Of a stretch of 58,340 nucleotides of DNA, positions 1-12,647 are shown in pieces; within the stretch, counting starts at the first letter, position 1, and every line of letters starts with the position of its first letter. The DNA is taken from assembly GCA_018398765.1 (NCBI GenBank), contig JAHBMJ010000060.1:1-58340 (forward strand), in the 5' to 3' direction. The notes beneath the pieces were generated by a model. It saw nothing but the letters and a program-made list of their open reading frames with translations. It made no database searches and was not told where the DNA came from. Source of the stretch: Chromera velia (Eukaryota). Both the position numbers and the translations under genes were made by a program.

Positions 1-485
1 AGATTAGGATTGTGGATCATGAAAACTTAGACCACGAAAATCGAAAAAAACATCCCTTTAACATTCACACAAAACGTCCAAGCACTACAACGAAGAAATC
101 AATCTTTCGACAGACGATGGCAAATGGGACCCATTCGACTCATATGACTCATGTCAGAACGAATGTCCATCTGCCCGTCTGTTTGCTGTCTCTGCATGCC
201 GCTATGTCTCTCAATGGAAATCTCAATCCTTCTCAATCGCTCTTTGAGTCTTTCATTGTGCTTCTCTGTCTAGTGAAGGAAAAGGGAACCAATGACACAC
301 TACAGGAACGCACGGCAGACAAAAGGACAGTGTGCCTTCTGATTCTTCGCTTTCTCCGGAAACACACCAACAGACGCCATTTTCTTTTGTGTATGTTCTC
401 TTTGCCCCCACACATAAAAGCCAACAAACATCTACACAGGCAGGCTGCCTAGCTGCCCAAGAAAGGAACAGACCTACTTACTCAC

Positions 486-1993
486 TCACGCACTAACCGA
501 AGGGTCTGTCTCCTCCAGATGTTTGAGGAAATGGGAGAACTTCTCGAAGAAAGGATCGCGGGCCTGCGTCGAAAGCAAAAGGCATTTTTAAAAAAAGACA
601 TTTTGCCAGGAGATGCAAGGGAGAAAATTACGAGCAAGTTGGGGTACAGTGAGCAAGTGAGGAAGGAGGGCAAAAAAACATGCAAATGTCGAATGATGAT
701 GATGAGCACCGACCGGATTACTCAGACAATTAAGTGTGAATAAGAATGTGCAGTGAATTCAAGGAGGGGCAGATCAAAAGCTAAAGCCCGGTAGAGATTA
801 GTCAGTGTCACTGAAGAGAGACAGAATGAGAGAGAGAGAGAGAGAGACAGAGAGAGAGACAACGAAGCGAAAGAGCGATCGACAGAGTAGCCATCGCTTC
901 TTTCCTTCGTCCTATCCGCTCTGTTCAGCTTCCTTTCCCTTGGCCTGTCCCCCCTTCCTTCCCTCTTGCATGTCGCTCCCTCCACCCATCCATCCATCCA
1001 TCCATCCATGCACACGTGCCGTCGAAAAATTTCCTTCCACAACCACGGACTGTCTCTTCCCTCTGTCATCAGCCAGGGAGGACAAAATCCGAAGGCCATA
1101 CCGACAGACCCGTGGAAATACTGTCACGCCCTTTTCTCTTTCCCCAAAATGCACCTTCTCATGTATTGAAAATTGCTTTTCTGAAAAGACCCACAGACCG
1201 ACCGACCGACCAAGAGCTCGATGTTGTTGTGTCCCCCCCCCTCGACCCAGAAGGGCTCGAATGGGTCCGCAGCGTTTCGCCAGAGCTCCTGCAGGCTCGC
1301 ATACGTTCATGGGGATAAATTGAAGGCAAGAGAGGGCGAGAGAGAAGAAAGATGCACATGCAGAGGCGTGGCAAGGAAAGCAGAGATGACTGCCAGCAGC
1401 CGGTGCGAAGGGAAGAAGATCGAGAGATTGATGGCATCGATGGGATCTAGGAGACTTCTTGGCGGGCGGCGGGAACGTCAGACGCAAATATCTAAAGTGT
1501 GTACGCACAGATACTAATTACAGGAATAAGGTGAGGATTTTCAGAAATAAATACTGCTCCTTCTTCCTTTTTTTTTCTTTTTCTTTCTTTTCTGATCTTT
1601 CTTTTCTTGCTTTCGTTTTCCCGTTCTTCCTTCCAAAAACGATAGCGGCCTGTGTGCCTCCCGACCTGTCCATGCCAGAGAGGGACGATTTCGTCTTTTG
1701 TCCCGTGAATGACGTAGAGAGGGCAGAGGACTTTGGCCACCTGCAAGAAGAGAAGAGAACACAACAGTGCCGCGTGCATGCATGCATGGAGAAGTGATTG
1801 CTTATGTGGCTGAATCTGAGTGAGTCATGCGTGTGAAAGGCATCCTTCGGGTACCGGTTCAGACATAACACGGCCTTCAACAATTAAGCTCCATTCACGC
1901 TTGCTCAGCAGCTTTTTTTCTCAAGCCCCTTTCTCTTTAGGCACACCCCAAATGAAAGAAAGAAAGAAAGAAAGAAAGAAAGGAAAGAAAGAA

Positions 1994-2025
<32 letters not shown>

Positions 2026-4308
2026 AAAAAAGAAAGAAAGAAAGGAAGAAAGGAAGGAAGGAAGGAAGGAAGAAAGAAAGGAAGGAAGGAAGGAAGGAAG
2101 CAGGAAGGAAGCAGGAAGGAAGCAGGAAGGAAGCAGGAAGGAAGGAAGGAAGGAAGGAAGGGAAGGAAGGAAAGGAAGGAAGGAAGGTACGAAGGAAGGA
2201 AGGAAGGAAGGAAAGGAAGGAAGGAAAGGAAGGAAGGAAGGAAGGAAGGAGGGAAGGAGGGGAAGGAAGGGAAGGAAGGAAGAAAGGAAGGAAGGAAGGA
2301 AGGAAGGAAGGAAGGGAAGGAAGGAAGGAAGGAAGGAAGGAAGGAAAAGGAAGGAAGGAAGAAACTCATTGGATGAACCTTAGAACCTTAGAAAAGAGAA
2401 AGTCGAAAGTATTGTTTATTTTTCTCTTTTGGGCATCAAAAGACTGCACGTGGACGCATGTGATTCATCCCTGCAACTAAGAAAAGAATCATCAATCTTT
2501 CATTCCGACATCTGAAGATCACATGGGACAGCTGTACGCAGACTCTGTCTCGAAATCAAAGCAGGGGGCAGTGATCCAAAAAGGGTTGTTCTGCTTGACC
2601 CCCAGCGAAAGACAGCAACAAAGAACGAACAAAGAAAACAAACAAACAAACAAACAAAAGAAGGCGGCAAACAATCTCCCCTCCTTGCTCCCTCCCTCCT
2701 TCACTGACTCGATCAATGTTTGCGAACATGTCTCCAGGAAGAGTGAATCGAAGGTTGAATCCGACTCTGTACGCGGACATGAGCGGACTCTGCATGGGAA
2801 TAGTACATCATGGAAATAATACATTCGTCAATCAAATGAGCGACTGGGTGGGTATGTCGGCATTGCATTCGAACAACGAGAAGAAGGACAGGAAAAAAAG
2901 GTGCGAGTAGTGAGGAAGTGAAAGAAAGAGTGAAAACACTCAACACACAAACATGCATTGCGGAGAAGAGAGGATCGATCAAGCACAAAAAATAAGCAAA
3001 ACGATCTGCATAGAGGCCGGATCTATTCAAACAAGCAGGGACAGGACAAACGACAGAAAAAAGGGGCTTTCTCTCATCATGAATGGGGACCAGACCAAAC
3101 CGGAGGTAACGCACGCGCGCGCACACACACTCACACACACACAACACACTCAAAAGCACACGGCAGAGAGAGAGAGAGAGAGAGAGAGAGATTCCATCAA
3201 ATGGACAGACACACAAATAGATACCAAAACGACCCCCCCGCCCCCCCCCACCTGCAAAACGACCCCCCTGACTGCCTTCTTGGAGGCCAGGTAGATGGAG
3301 GGCCCCGATCCCAGAGACCTCCCGTACAGCACTATCTGGTGCCAGGGGATGCCGATGACCTCGGTCAGGTACGCAAACGCAGCCTCAACGTCGGCATACA
3401 CGTTCTTCTCTGTCGGCGAGCCTGTCGACTGTCCGTACCCTGCACACAGACAACAGCGGCCAGCCGATGGATCGGAATTTCTACGGTTCCTTTGCTTTCT
3501 TTTGATTTCCTTTCCTTCTGGACTCTCGAAAGCAAAACGGGAGGGTCACAATGAAGCAGAGGTATAGCCATCACGCAGGAAGATTGACGTGGTGCCTCGG
3601 AGATTACATTCGTTTGCATTTATTTTAATCTGTATGAAAATAAATACGCGGCCATCACGCAGGAAGATTGACGTGGTGCCTCGGAGATTACATTCGGACA
3701 ACGCCCGAGAGAGAGACAATGACGATGAGAGAAAGAGAAAACTAGGCATGACATACCGCTGTATTCATATGCGAACACGTTCACTTCCAGATGTTGTGCG
3801 AGTTCCCGAAAGTACTGAATAATCATCCCAAGGTCCTCTGCGTTGCCGTGGCTGAATAGAAGGGTGAACCGTGCATCTCTGCATCCATCCATCCATTCAT
3901 TCATTCATTCATTCCTTCATTCATTCCTTCATTCATTCATTCATTCATTCATTCATTCACTCGTTCATCCCTTCATTCATTCATTCATTCATTCACTCAC
4001 TCGTTCATCCCTTCATTCACTTGATCACTCGAAGAAATCTTAGTTTTGTGGTTCGGGTGGCCGAGTGAGAGAAAAATCCATGGGCTTTACCTTTCAAGAT
4101 CTTCCGGAGGAATGCCAAGGGGAAACGCGACAGAACAGACAATGGGGAGGGACATGCATGTAGAGGCATGCATCACCATGAATAGGACCCTGCACTCACT
4201 CTCTCTGCTCCATTCAATTCGTCCCCACAAGGTCTGCCTGTCAACCCGTTCTCAACCCATTACTCTCTTCTTGACTCGTGGAGAAGCTTGTCGGGAGGTC
4301 ACACAAAC

Positions 4309-4352
<44 letters not shown>

Positions 4353-4675
4353 GATCTGGGAGAAGGCGAGAGAGAGAGAGAGAGAGAGAAGACACTGAGA
4401 GAGCTCAGGCACACCCTCCCGCTCAATGGATGCCCTATATGAAGGCAGCTGAACATGAAGACATGGAACTGCAGTACCGAGATGCACCCCTTCTGTGCTT
4501 CTTCACGCACCCACACCTCCACAAGCAAGCAAGCAAGCTGAGTGGCCGACCTATCGATGAAGAAGGCAGGCACTACCTCGCCCTCTGTTGTGTGCAGCCA
4601 GATGAGGTTGTGGTCCTTCTGGTAAGAGGAGTCCGGAGGTTGGAACACCAACCTCGAGATGACTCCCTGGCCCAT
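486..4675 (-). CDS. ABHD17/FAM108-like alpha/beta hydrolase (putative depalmitoylase), 7 exons, ~248 aa
   Basis: Phase-consistent GT-AG exons: 4675-4551 (MGQGVISRLVFQPP...FFIDR), 3878-3757 (FTLLFSHGNAEDLG...AYEYSG), 3439-3252 (YGQSTGSPTEKNVYAD...YGRSLGSGP), 2789-2709 (SPLMSAYRVGF...DMFANIDR), 1740-1666 (VIHGTKDEIVPLWHGQ), 1288-1211 (FWVEGGGHNNIELL), 563-486 (ARDPFFEKFSHFL...). The Ser/Asp/His triad motifs are present. The 3' end is uncertain because a possible donor at 497 could add a further exon. Confidence 0.92.
1953..2362. repeat. (AAAG)n/(GAAG)n compound microsatellite in a hydrolase intron
   Basis: Directly visible purine tetranucleotide repeats. Confidence 0.95.
3568..3695. repeat. 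~45-bp direct duplication inside hydrolase intron 2
   Basis: gccatcacgcaggaagattgacgtggtgcctcggagattacattcg occurs at ~3567-3612 and ~3650-3695. Confidence 0.9.
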
Positions 4676-4859
4676 GGTGCCTTTGGTATCGTGTGCAGGG
4701 CCCCTTGCTTCTTTCTTCTTGGGTGGATGGACCGAGGCGAGACGGAAGTGTTGTTTAAAACTCAAGGGAGCATTGTTGGCTCACGCGCGTCTTCTACACA
4801 AGGAGTTGCCCCCATCGTGCGTGTCCACCTGGTCTCTCGTGGAAGGGATCCGTTGGTCA

Positions 4860-5110
4860 TATGAGGTCAGTTATAGCATGCAGGCCGCGACTCTCGGAGG
4901 GGAAGAGTTGTTGATCCTTTATGTTCTTGCGCTCATGCACTAGCTCGTGTATCGGATGACGGCTCATGCAAGAGCATATGGCCCCGGAAAGTTCTGCAAG
5001 CGCGGGGGGGCATGCACTGGCTAAATTAATCTGCGTGCATGGGGCACTTACATGCACGCGAAAAGCGCGCGCGCCATGCATGCAGTGCATGACCGCGATC
5101 TCATCTTGAC
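4860..5110. promoter_or_regulatory. Putative bidirectional promoter with clustered TGCATG/CATGCA motifs
   Basis: Lies between divergent ATGs at 4675 (-) and 5281 (+). About 8 CATGCA/TGCATG hexamers, including gccatgcatgcagtgcatgac at ~5073-5092. TGCATGCA is an established ApiAP2-binding motif in apicomplexans. Confidence 0.55.
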
Positions 5111-5280
5111 ATCTTTCTCCTGACAAACCACTGAGTTTAGCTGACTCTGGCTGTAGCAATATGAATTGGCTTCCGGAAAGTATCGGTTCTAAGTTCATTT
5201 CTCTTGATGCTTTCTGTTGTGATTTGGTCCCTGATTGAAGCACGCGAAGAAACAAGAGCAGAGGAGTAGGGGCGCCGGGT

Positions 5281-5607
5281 ATGAAGACGGCACTTCTTTT
5301 GGTCGTCTGTGTCGCTGTCCTAGCGCACAACTGTTGTAACGCTTTCCTGACGGTTTTTCGGGCGCTTCGGTTGTCGCGTCCCAATGAGTTTGAGATAGAG
5401 GTCAGGTGCAAGACCACCTTGTTGGCAAAGAAGAAAAAGGGACCCCGACGAATAATCACGTTGGAGTGTACGGAGGCCAAGGGCGAGAGGAAGCCCCCGT
5501 CACGTTACATCACACAAAAAAACGTGCGGAATGTACCAGAGAGGCTGGAGCTCATGAAGTACAACCCCCATCTGAAACGACGAACATTACATCGCGAGAT
5601 CAAGTAG
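5281..5607 (+). CDS. rpl33: Nucleus-encoded plastid 50S ribosomal protein L33 with bipartite signal + transit peptide
   Basis: C-terminal [17 protein letters not shown]...[35 protein letters not shown] is typical bL33. The N-terminus is a hydrophobic signal peptide ending CCNA, followed by F and a basic transit-like segment. Single exon. Confidence 0.93.
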   Translation: MKTALLLVVCVAVLAHNCCNAFLTVFRALRLSRPNEFEIEVRCKTTLLAKKKKGPRRIITLECTEAKGERKPPSRYITQKNVRNVPERLELMKYNPHLKRRTLHREIK

Positions 5608-6339
5608 CCACCCTTCCCTGCTGCACCTCCTCCCTCTTCCCTGTTCCCTTCACCACAACATGAGGAGACGGGAACTGGATGAGGGTGTTGCGAGAGAGAG
5701 GGGAGGGTTGGCTTCATTTTTCAACCTCAACTAATCGTGGAGACGTGAAGGAAACGAGGACGAGTCTCCAATAGAGGGCGTCGGGACAGTTGCGCTCAAA
5801 GAGAAGGGAGGGAGACGCCGTTGTCCTCTCATCTCTTGCTCGTGGAAGAAGTGCTGTCTCCGTAGCTCCCTTGGTGCTTCTTTTTTTAGGGAGGAAGGGA
5901 GAGACCGACTTGAGACCCAAAAAAGGGCAGACGGGATACTTCACGCAATGCTGCATTGAATGTTCAGTTATTGTTTCTGTGTAATTCCTCAGTCTGCCCC
6001 ACCCTGACTTCCCTGTTCTTTTGCAACGTCACCCCATCGCCTCTTCTCGCTCTTCTTTGTTCTTTCGGTTCCTCCACAAACACTTTCTTGCCCACCTCTT
6101 CTCCGGACCCCTCCCGCTCCCGCTCTCCTGTCTCTCCGACGCTACCCCTCCGCAGTATCATATAGTCTTTATTCCTGTTTCTTCTTTCTTGTGCGCTTGA
6201 AGCCCATTGCGTTTCCGTCGTGTTACTCGCTGAGAATTGTTCTCTCTTTGTTTTCCTCCCTCTCTGCAGCCGTGCTTCTGCCCACCCTCTTCAAAATGCT
6301 ACCCTGGTCCTTTCTCTCTTCCCTTCCTTCGTGCCTTGG

Positions 6340-6504
6340 TTCTTTCGTTCCTTTTCTTTCTTTCTTTCGTTTTTTAGTTCTTTCTTTCTTTCTTCCTTCC
6401 TTCCTTCCTTCCGTTCTTTCTGTCTATCTGTCTGTCTAGTCTTTCTTTCTTTCTTTCTTTCTTTCTTTTCTTTTCTTTCTTTCTTTTCTTTCTTTCTTTC
6501 TTTC

Positions 6505-6539
<35 letters not shown>

Positions 6540-6797
6540 GCCTGCTTGCTTGCTTGCTTTCTTTCTTTCTTTCCTTCCTTTCTTTGTTTCTTTCTTTGTT
6601 CCTTTGTGTCTTTCGTTCTTGCTTGCTTGTTTTCTTTTCTTTTCCTTTTTTTTTTATTTTTCCTTTCTTTCTTCCTTTCTTTCTTTCTTTCTTTCTTTTT
6701 TTTTTCTTTCTTTCTTTCCTTCCTTCCTTCCTCCTTTCCTTCCTCTGTTTCCTTCGTTCTTCCTTTCTGGCTTCCTTTCTTCTTCCGTTTGTTTCTT

Positions 6798-6845
<48 letters not shown>

Positions 6846-6891
6846 TCCTTCCTTCCTTTCTTTTCTTTCTTTCTTTCTTTCTTTCTTTTCT

Positions 6892-6948
<57 letters not shown>

Positions 6949-7200
6949 TCGCTCTCTTCCGTTGTTTGTTCATTTGTTTGTTTGTTCGTTCGTTTGTTTG
7001 TGTTGTTCGTTTGTTCGTTCGTCTGTGTCTTTGTTTGTTTGTTTGTTACTCTGCTTCTTCGGAATCCCCCTCTTTCTCGATCTTTTGTGTCGCCTTCTAG
7101 GTCGCCTTGTTTCCCCCCCCGTATTCCCCCCCCTCTCCCCCCCTCTGTCTCTCTCTGTCAGCTCTCTCTCTCTCTCTCTTTTTTTTTCTCGTTCTCTGTT
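6340..7200. repeat. Pyrimidine microsatellite tract (CTTT)n/(CT)n/(GTTT)n
   Basis: Directly visible. The long F/L/S ORFs here are artefacts of the repeat. Confidence 0.95.
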
Positions 7201-7545
7201 AATTTTCTCTTTTCTGCTGTTATTACTTTCAATTACCAAAATAAATTCCTTTAAATTACTTCAGAGTACTCAAACTTGCAGGGCATCGCCGATGTCACCC
7301 GATGATCTATTGTTATTATCATTATTATATATATTATTATGCTTTAAATTGAATTATTTAATAGTTATATATGTTATTTTATTTCACTAGGATTAGGATT
7401 AGGATTTTAAGTGTTTGAATTAAAAAGAAAAATCACTGTTGCTTATCAAACCTGTAGTATCAAACCTATTTTTACGTACGTATATGCGGGATTGGCAGTT
7501 CATTCAAGTTTTTGCATGGTTTCTAAAAACAAAAGTTGAGTACCA

Positions 7546-8011
7546 TGTGGAGTCTTACCCTCTGGCGCTGCCTTCTGGACCCTCGCATGCGCTGTATCTG
7601 AATGAGCCCGCGTGCCGATGCCAGGCTCCGCCGCCGCGCTTTGTTTCGTACGTGTCGCGCATGTCGATCAAAGTTGTTGAAGTCGATCGAGTCTGACCTT
7701 CGTATTCAAGCATGTAACATGTTACTCAAGCAACGGATAACATCGTTTGAGTTTGATGTCTGTTTGTGATAGATCGGGAGTCTGAGACTCTGAGAGAGAG
7801 GAACAGAGAGAAGTATAAGTAAAATTGGGCAATGATAGAATGAACCCAGCTGATTAGAATCTCAGATCGCGCTAGAACTTAAACTGATGTAGAGACGAAC
7901 CTTCTGTAAACTCTTGTATGACTAAGTGTTATAAATCTTCCCTAAGGTTCTTGTCCTCGCTTCACCTTCTATCTGGACGCCATAAGGTGGCCGGACAGGG
8001 GGGACAAAGCA
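7546..8011 (+). repeat. 5' LTR (466 bp)
   Basis: TG...CA termini. Roughly 92-93% identical by eye to 11938-12647 once the MITE is removed. Confidence 0.9.
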
Positions 8012-11000
8012 TTGTGGTGAACGCTCAGCTTAATGAGTATCGACTTTCGTATACCTTCTGTGATGGAGATCAGATCTGTCTCTTTGCGCAACAGTTAGAA
8101 ATAGATTGCAACAATACGGACACAGTCAGGCAAAGACCGTGAGTGGGGGAATTCAGTGTCCCCTTGCGTTCCAAGCTGCCTGGAGCCCTCTTTCGGATAT
8201 CCCCTTCAAGTCCGATCCTGGACTTTGCCTTTATCCTTGGGTGGAAAGCCCAAAGATCGTTGGAGGTCGCCAAAGCCGGTGGTGGAGACGTTACTTGGTG
8301 TTACTCAGACTTTTGAGGAGCTTGACTTCATTGAGACCGCCACCTATAAGCAGATCGCAATCCAAATAGCCAGTCGAGTGCTTTCCTTATGTCTGCTGAT
8401 TCTGCAACTGTCTCCATCTTCCGGACAAGAGTCGGCTGATCACCTTTGCTTGTCTTTGCTGTTGGTTGCTTGCTTGTCTGCACAAAGCTGACCACCTTCG
8501 TGGCCTGCAAACACCTCCAGCGTGTCTGGGTCTGCCTGGACTGGTCCTCCGGCAGCGTTCAAATATAAAAAGATGCCCTTCGATCGTCTCTCCATATACC
8601 TGCAATGCTGCCATTTTCTTCAAAGAGAGAGCTTGTTGCTTCTGGCTATCCGGATGTTGTGCAGATCGTTCAATGAGTGGCCGTTTGATCGAGTGTGTAA
8701 GACTCTGCATGCATGTTAAACAAACAGAAGGGACAGGTGGTGGCGTACCACATGGACCAATGCAGTGACGGCCGGTGTGCCAGCCGGGGAAGGCCTTCTG
8801 CTCTGGGACCCCGACACGACAAGCCTGGAGTAGGAAGGAGGGGGAAGTAAGAAAAGGGTACAAAATGACATCAAGCCTGCCTTCGATAGCAAGAGAGGCA
8901 GAAGGGTCGTGGCAAACCTACTGAGAGACAGAGTACGGCACACGGCAGCTACCGCCTCGTCTCTCGCCGGCGTCAGCAAAATTTTTAATAGGGATCGGGA
9001 AAGGCAAAGCGGGTCATGGGGGAAGGGGGGGAAAGAGGGGGGGAAGCGGGGACAATGGGGAAGGGGGGAGAGGGAGGGAAAAGGGGGGAAAGAGGGGGAG
9101 GGGGGGGTTGCTTCGGGGTGGAGGGGGCAAATCGAATCGAGGCTGGCCGAGAGCATGCGAAGTACTAGCGACTGAGTGTGACTGGAGCATCTTTTGTCCG
9201 GAGTTGAGAGTTCATATGTCGAAAGGAGCAGCAAGGGGATGAAACGAGATAGAAAGAAGAGACGAGATAAAAAGAGACCAGTGGAGCAGTCTGCAATGTG
9301 TCTGGTCCCTTCTTTCCCTCCCTTTATGCAGCTACTGACATGCACGGAGTATGTTTGTGCTCAAGAAGACCGTCGAGTCCTTCTGTCGACGAGAACTCTA
9401 ACTCGATTGCCTACCCCTACATCAGTTACGTGTGAAAAGGGCAGAAGACTGCCTAATTGCCACCGCCATGCGTTTATGTCTGCACATGCCCACTGCCTGG
9501 GACCGCCCTTGTGCCCCTGTACTGAACTCGGAGGAAGGATTAAGCTCATTACAAAGTTAAGCGTTAAAGAAGCAGACTGCGAGAATGACAAGTCTAGACA
9601 ACAAGTTGAGCGCCGCATGTGCCCCGCATTTGGAACTTCTGGGACTCCTTTTGGAAGAGTGAGCTTCCTTCTCTCTCGGCTTTTCTTGGCTTTGCTTTAC
9701 CCGTGGCTTTGGAGTCAGACCCCTCGTATGGCTGAGAGTACGAGCGCACGAGGGGGCGCCTTCATTCGCTGTCCCCTTCTCGTTTCCGTCTGCTGCTTTA
9801 AAACGTTTTGTGTTGTCCTTGGTTTCCTTTTTTAAGAGAAAGAGACTCAGTCTGGAAGAGGTGGAGAGAAAATGAGTAGAGGAGGAGCAAAGAGAGAAGA
9901 AATCTTGAAAGAGATGTCTGTTGAACAAGAAAGAAAAAAAAAGAAAAAAAGCGAGGGGACAGCCTGTGCATGTCTTGGTATCCATTCTGCATCTTCTCCC
10001 TGCAGGGGGATGCCGGTGCTTTGGAGGCCCTCTGGGTTCTCTGGGTATCGCTTCTCCCCCTCGCAGTATGGGAATTGATGGGAGCCCTAGATGGGAGCCT
10101 TGGTGGAGCCAGCCGTCTCTGCGTATGCATTTGCGTGGTGCCAGACGGTGTGCCGGCAGGCGTCTCCCTCCGATAGGTCTGACCGGATGCCGTTCATTCA
10201 TTGATGTCTGTTCTTGTATATTTAGTCGATCTACGGTGTTATTGACGACAAGCGAACAGACACGCATGCAGTCTTCGGGAAGGGAGTGAGATAGAAGAGA
10301 GAGGAGGAAGAGATGTGAATAAATGATATTGTGTGTGAACATATATGTGCGTGAGGCTTTCTGCTGCCGTCCTCTGTTTTTTCTGTCTCTTCACGTTTTG
10401 TTCGTACCTCCGTCTGCCCGTCTACTTTCATTCAGAAAAAAGAACTGAAAGGGGTTCTCTTACAGGCATGCTATTCTGTATATCGCCCGTTTCCTTCCAG
10501 CAGGCCGGTCTGAGAAAGAGAGAGAGACAACGTGGGAGCAAGTGAAACGAAGTCGGAAAACGGAGTTAGCTACCTCTTTCTTTCCGCCGGTTCCGCCTCT
10601 TTCTTTTCGATCAGTCTGTCATTGGTGGTGTTCGATCTGCATCTTTGTTTTGAGACTACGGAGGTGTAGGAGGTGTAGCTTTGTTTTTCCATCTCGCTTC
10701 AAGGGAAACGAAAGCAGCGTGAAAGAGAATTTCAAATAAGAGAAAAAGGAAACGGTGGAACTGTGCAAGTCTTAGAGTTTGGAGAGCGGGGATTTATCAG
10801 AATGAGCCTGTCTATCACTCTTAGAATTTTTACATTGGTCCCATCTCTACTTTCTATTTTATCGCCTTCTGGTGCCCTCTCATACTGTCCCGTTCACATG
10901 GATAGTTTAGAATATGAAGATCTGATGTGGTGGGAGTGTGTATATACGTATATGCATACCTAAACTTTTGTCCCATTAGTTCTTTGGTTGGCCGCACGTG

Positions 11001-11937
11001 TCCGTCTGAGTCTGTTTGTTGCTCTGTGAAAGGTCAATCGGTCTGCCCTTTTCTTTCCCCAGTTTCAGCTGTTTGCTTCTCTGGCTTCTCACTGTGCCTG
11101 CCTTTTTTACTGGCTGCATCGAAACGAACTCTTGTTATACAGACTGTGTTATTAAAAGTGTAGGTCCTTCTCCTCTTGCTTCACTGTAGCCGCGTTTGCT
11201 CGTCTGACTTTGCCGTATTGGTGCAAGACCAGCGCCTCAGAAAAGGAAACTTTAAGAAGACAGTGAGGGGAAAGCGAAGCGGAAATGAGAGGTAAGAGAG
11301 CGAAAGAGAGAGAGATAAAGAAAAAAAGAAAAAGTAAAGTAAATGGCTGCAAGCGCATGCATCGGCATGAAGATGTAAGCGTACATGTGACCGTACGGAT
11401 ACCACGCGGGCCTGACTGTGTCCTACTCTCCGTTGCTCTAAGACTTTCTGTCTAGCATTTCTGTCTCGTTCTTTCTTTCTGGAGGGTACAAAAGGTTAAT
11501 AGAAAGCTGGGAAACGTAAAACCTTACAATGGGAAGCTTGCGGCCGTCGAATGACAGACTCTGCTGTCAGGTAGGGAGGGTATGCTTCTTCAAACCCCGG
11601 GCAAGCCGACGTCCCTAAAACAGGCTTTTCGAGGAAAGACCTGGCAAGTTGGCGTTGCCAGCGAGGCAGTGGTGATAGTAACCTAATGATAGTACCTTTA
11701 CGCACGTTAATCTGATTGACTTGCATCAATGGGAGGAAACTTTTCTGCTTGTCAGCTTTCGTATCTAGATATTTTCGACTATCTCCTTAAAGGTATTCTG
11801 TTAGTTACATGGGTTTACATTGCGTCTGCATGGTTGATCATGTCCTTTTGCTTGCCTTTTTTCCCTTTCCGCGTATACTCGAATCTGTCTGGCTGATCGC
11901 GGGGACCCGATTTTCTTGTTTGTGGCCGGGGGGGATC

Positions 11938-12647
11938 TGTGGAGTCTTACCTTCTGGCGCTGCCTTCTGGACCCTCGCATACGCTGTATCTGAATGAGCC
12001 CGCGTGCCGACGCCAGGCTCCGCCGCCGCGCTTTGTTTCGTACGTGTCGCGTGCGTCGATCAAAGTTGTTGAAGTCGATCGAGTCTGACCTCTGTATTTA
12101 AGCATGCAACATGTTACTCGAGCAACAGATAGCATCGTTTGAGTCTGATATCTGTTTGATAGATTGGGAGTCTGAGACTCTGAGAGAGAGGAACCTAGGC
12201 GATGCACAGTGGTAAAAAAAAAAAAAAGAATAGACATGTCAAGATTTTTTTTTTTTTTTTTTAGTCTGGTGGTTAAAGGTCCAAGCAAACTTAGCAAAGG
12301 TAGGTTTTGTAGTTAGATATGTTTTTGTTATATGTTTCGCACTTCCAATAAAATAATAAAAAAAAAAATAAAAAAGATTAGGCTTCTCGAGATTTTTTTT
12401 TTCTTTTTTTTTATCACTGTGCGTCGCCTAGAGAGGAACAGAGAGAAGCATAAGTAGAAATTGTGCAATAATAGAGTGAACCTAGCTGATTAGAATCCCA
12501 GATTGCAGTAGAACTTAAACTGATGTAGGGATGAACCTTCTGTAAACTCTTGCATGACTGAGTGTTGTAGATCTTCCCTAAGGTTCTTGTCCTCGCTTTA
12601 CCTTCTGTCTGGACCCCATAAGGTGGCCGGACAGGGGGAACAAAGCA
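11938..12647 (+). repeat. 3' LTR interrupted by a MITE
   Basis: Collinear with the 5' LTR apart from the insertion at 12195-12439. Confidence 0.9.
12195..12431. mobile_element. 237-bp MITE (non-autonomous DNA transposon, hAT-like 8-bp TSD)
   Basis: TIRs ctaggcgatgcacagtggtaaaaaaaa ... ttttttttatcactgtgcgtcgcctag (2 mismatches). TSD AGAGGAAC at 12187-12194 and 12432-12439. The empty site is visible in the 5' LTR at ~7791-7810. Confidence 0.92.

Larger units (their letters stand above)
7546..12647 (+). mobile_element. LTR retroelement with intact ends, apparently non-autonomous (no recognisable pol)
   Basis: Direct repeats at 7546-8011 and 11938-12647 both start TGTGGAG and end CAAAGCA. A 4-bp TSD ACCA lies at 7542-7545 and 12648-12651. 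A PBS-like TGGTGAACGCTCAG follows the 5' LTR (~8015) and a purine run GGGGGGGA precedes the 3' LTR. Confidence 0.9.

Noticed and set aside
6220..7390. Long ORFs of 184-344 aa rich in F/L/S or K/E/R
   Set aside because: Translations of microsatellites that lack stop codons. The same applies to 1820-2383, 13507-14278, 19569-21140 and 53579-54233.
7388..7406. (TTAGGA)n, also at positions 1-11, resembling a telomere repeat
   Set aside because: Only 2-3 units, not TTAGGG/TTTAGGG, and internal to the window
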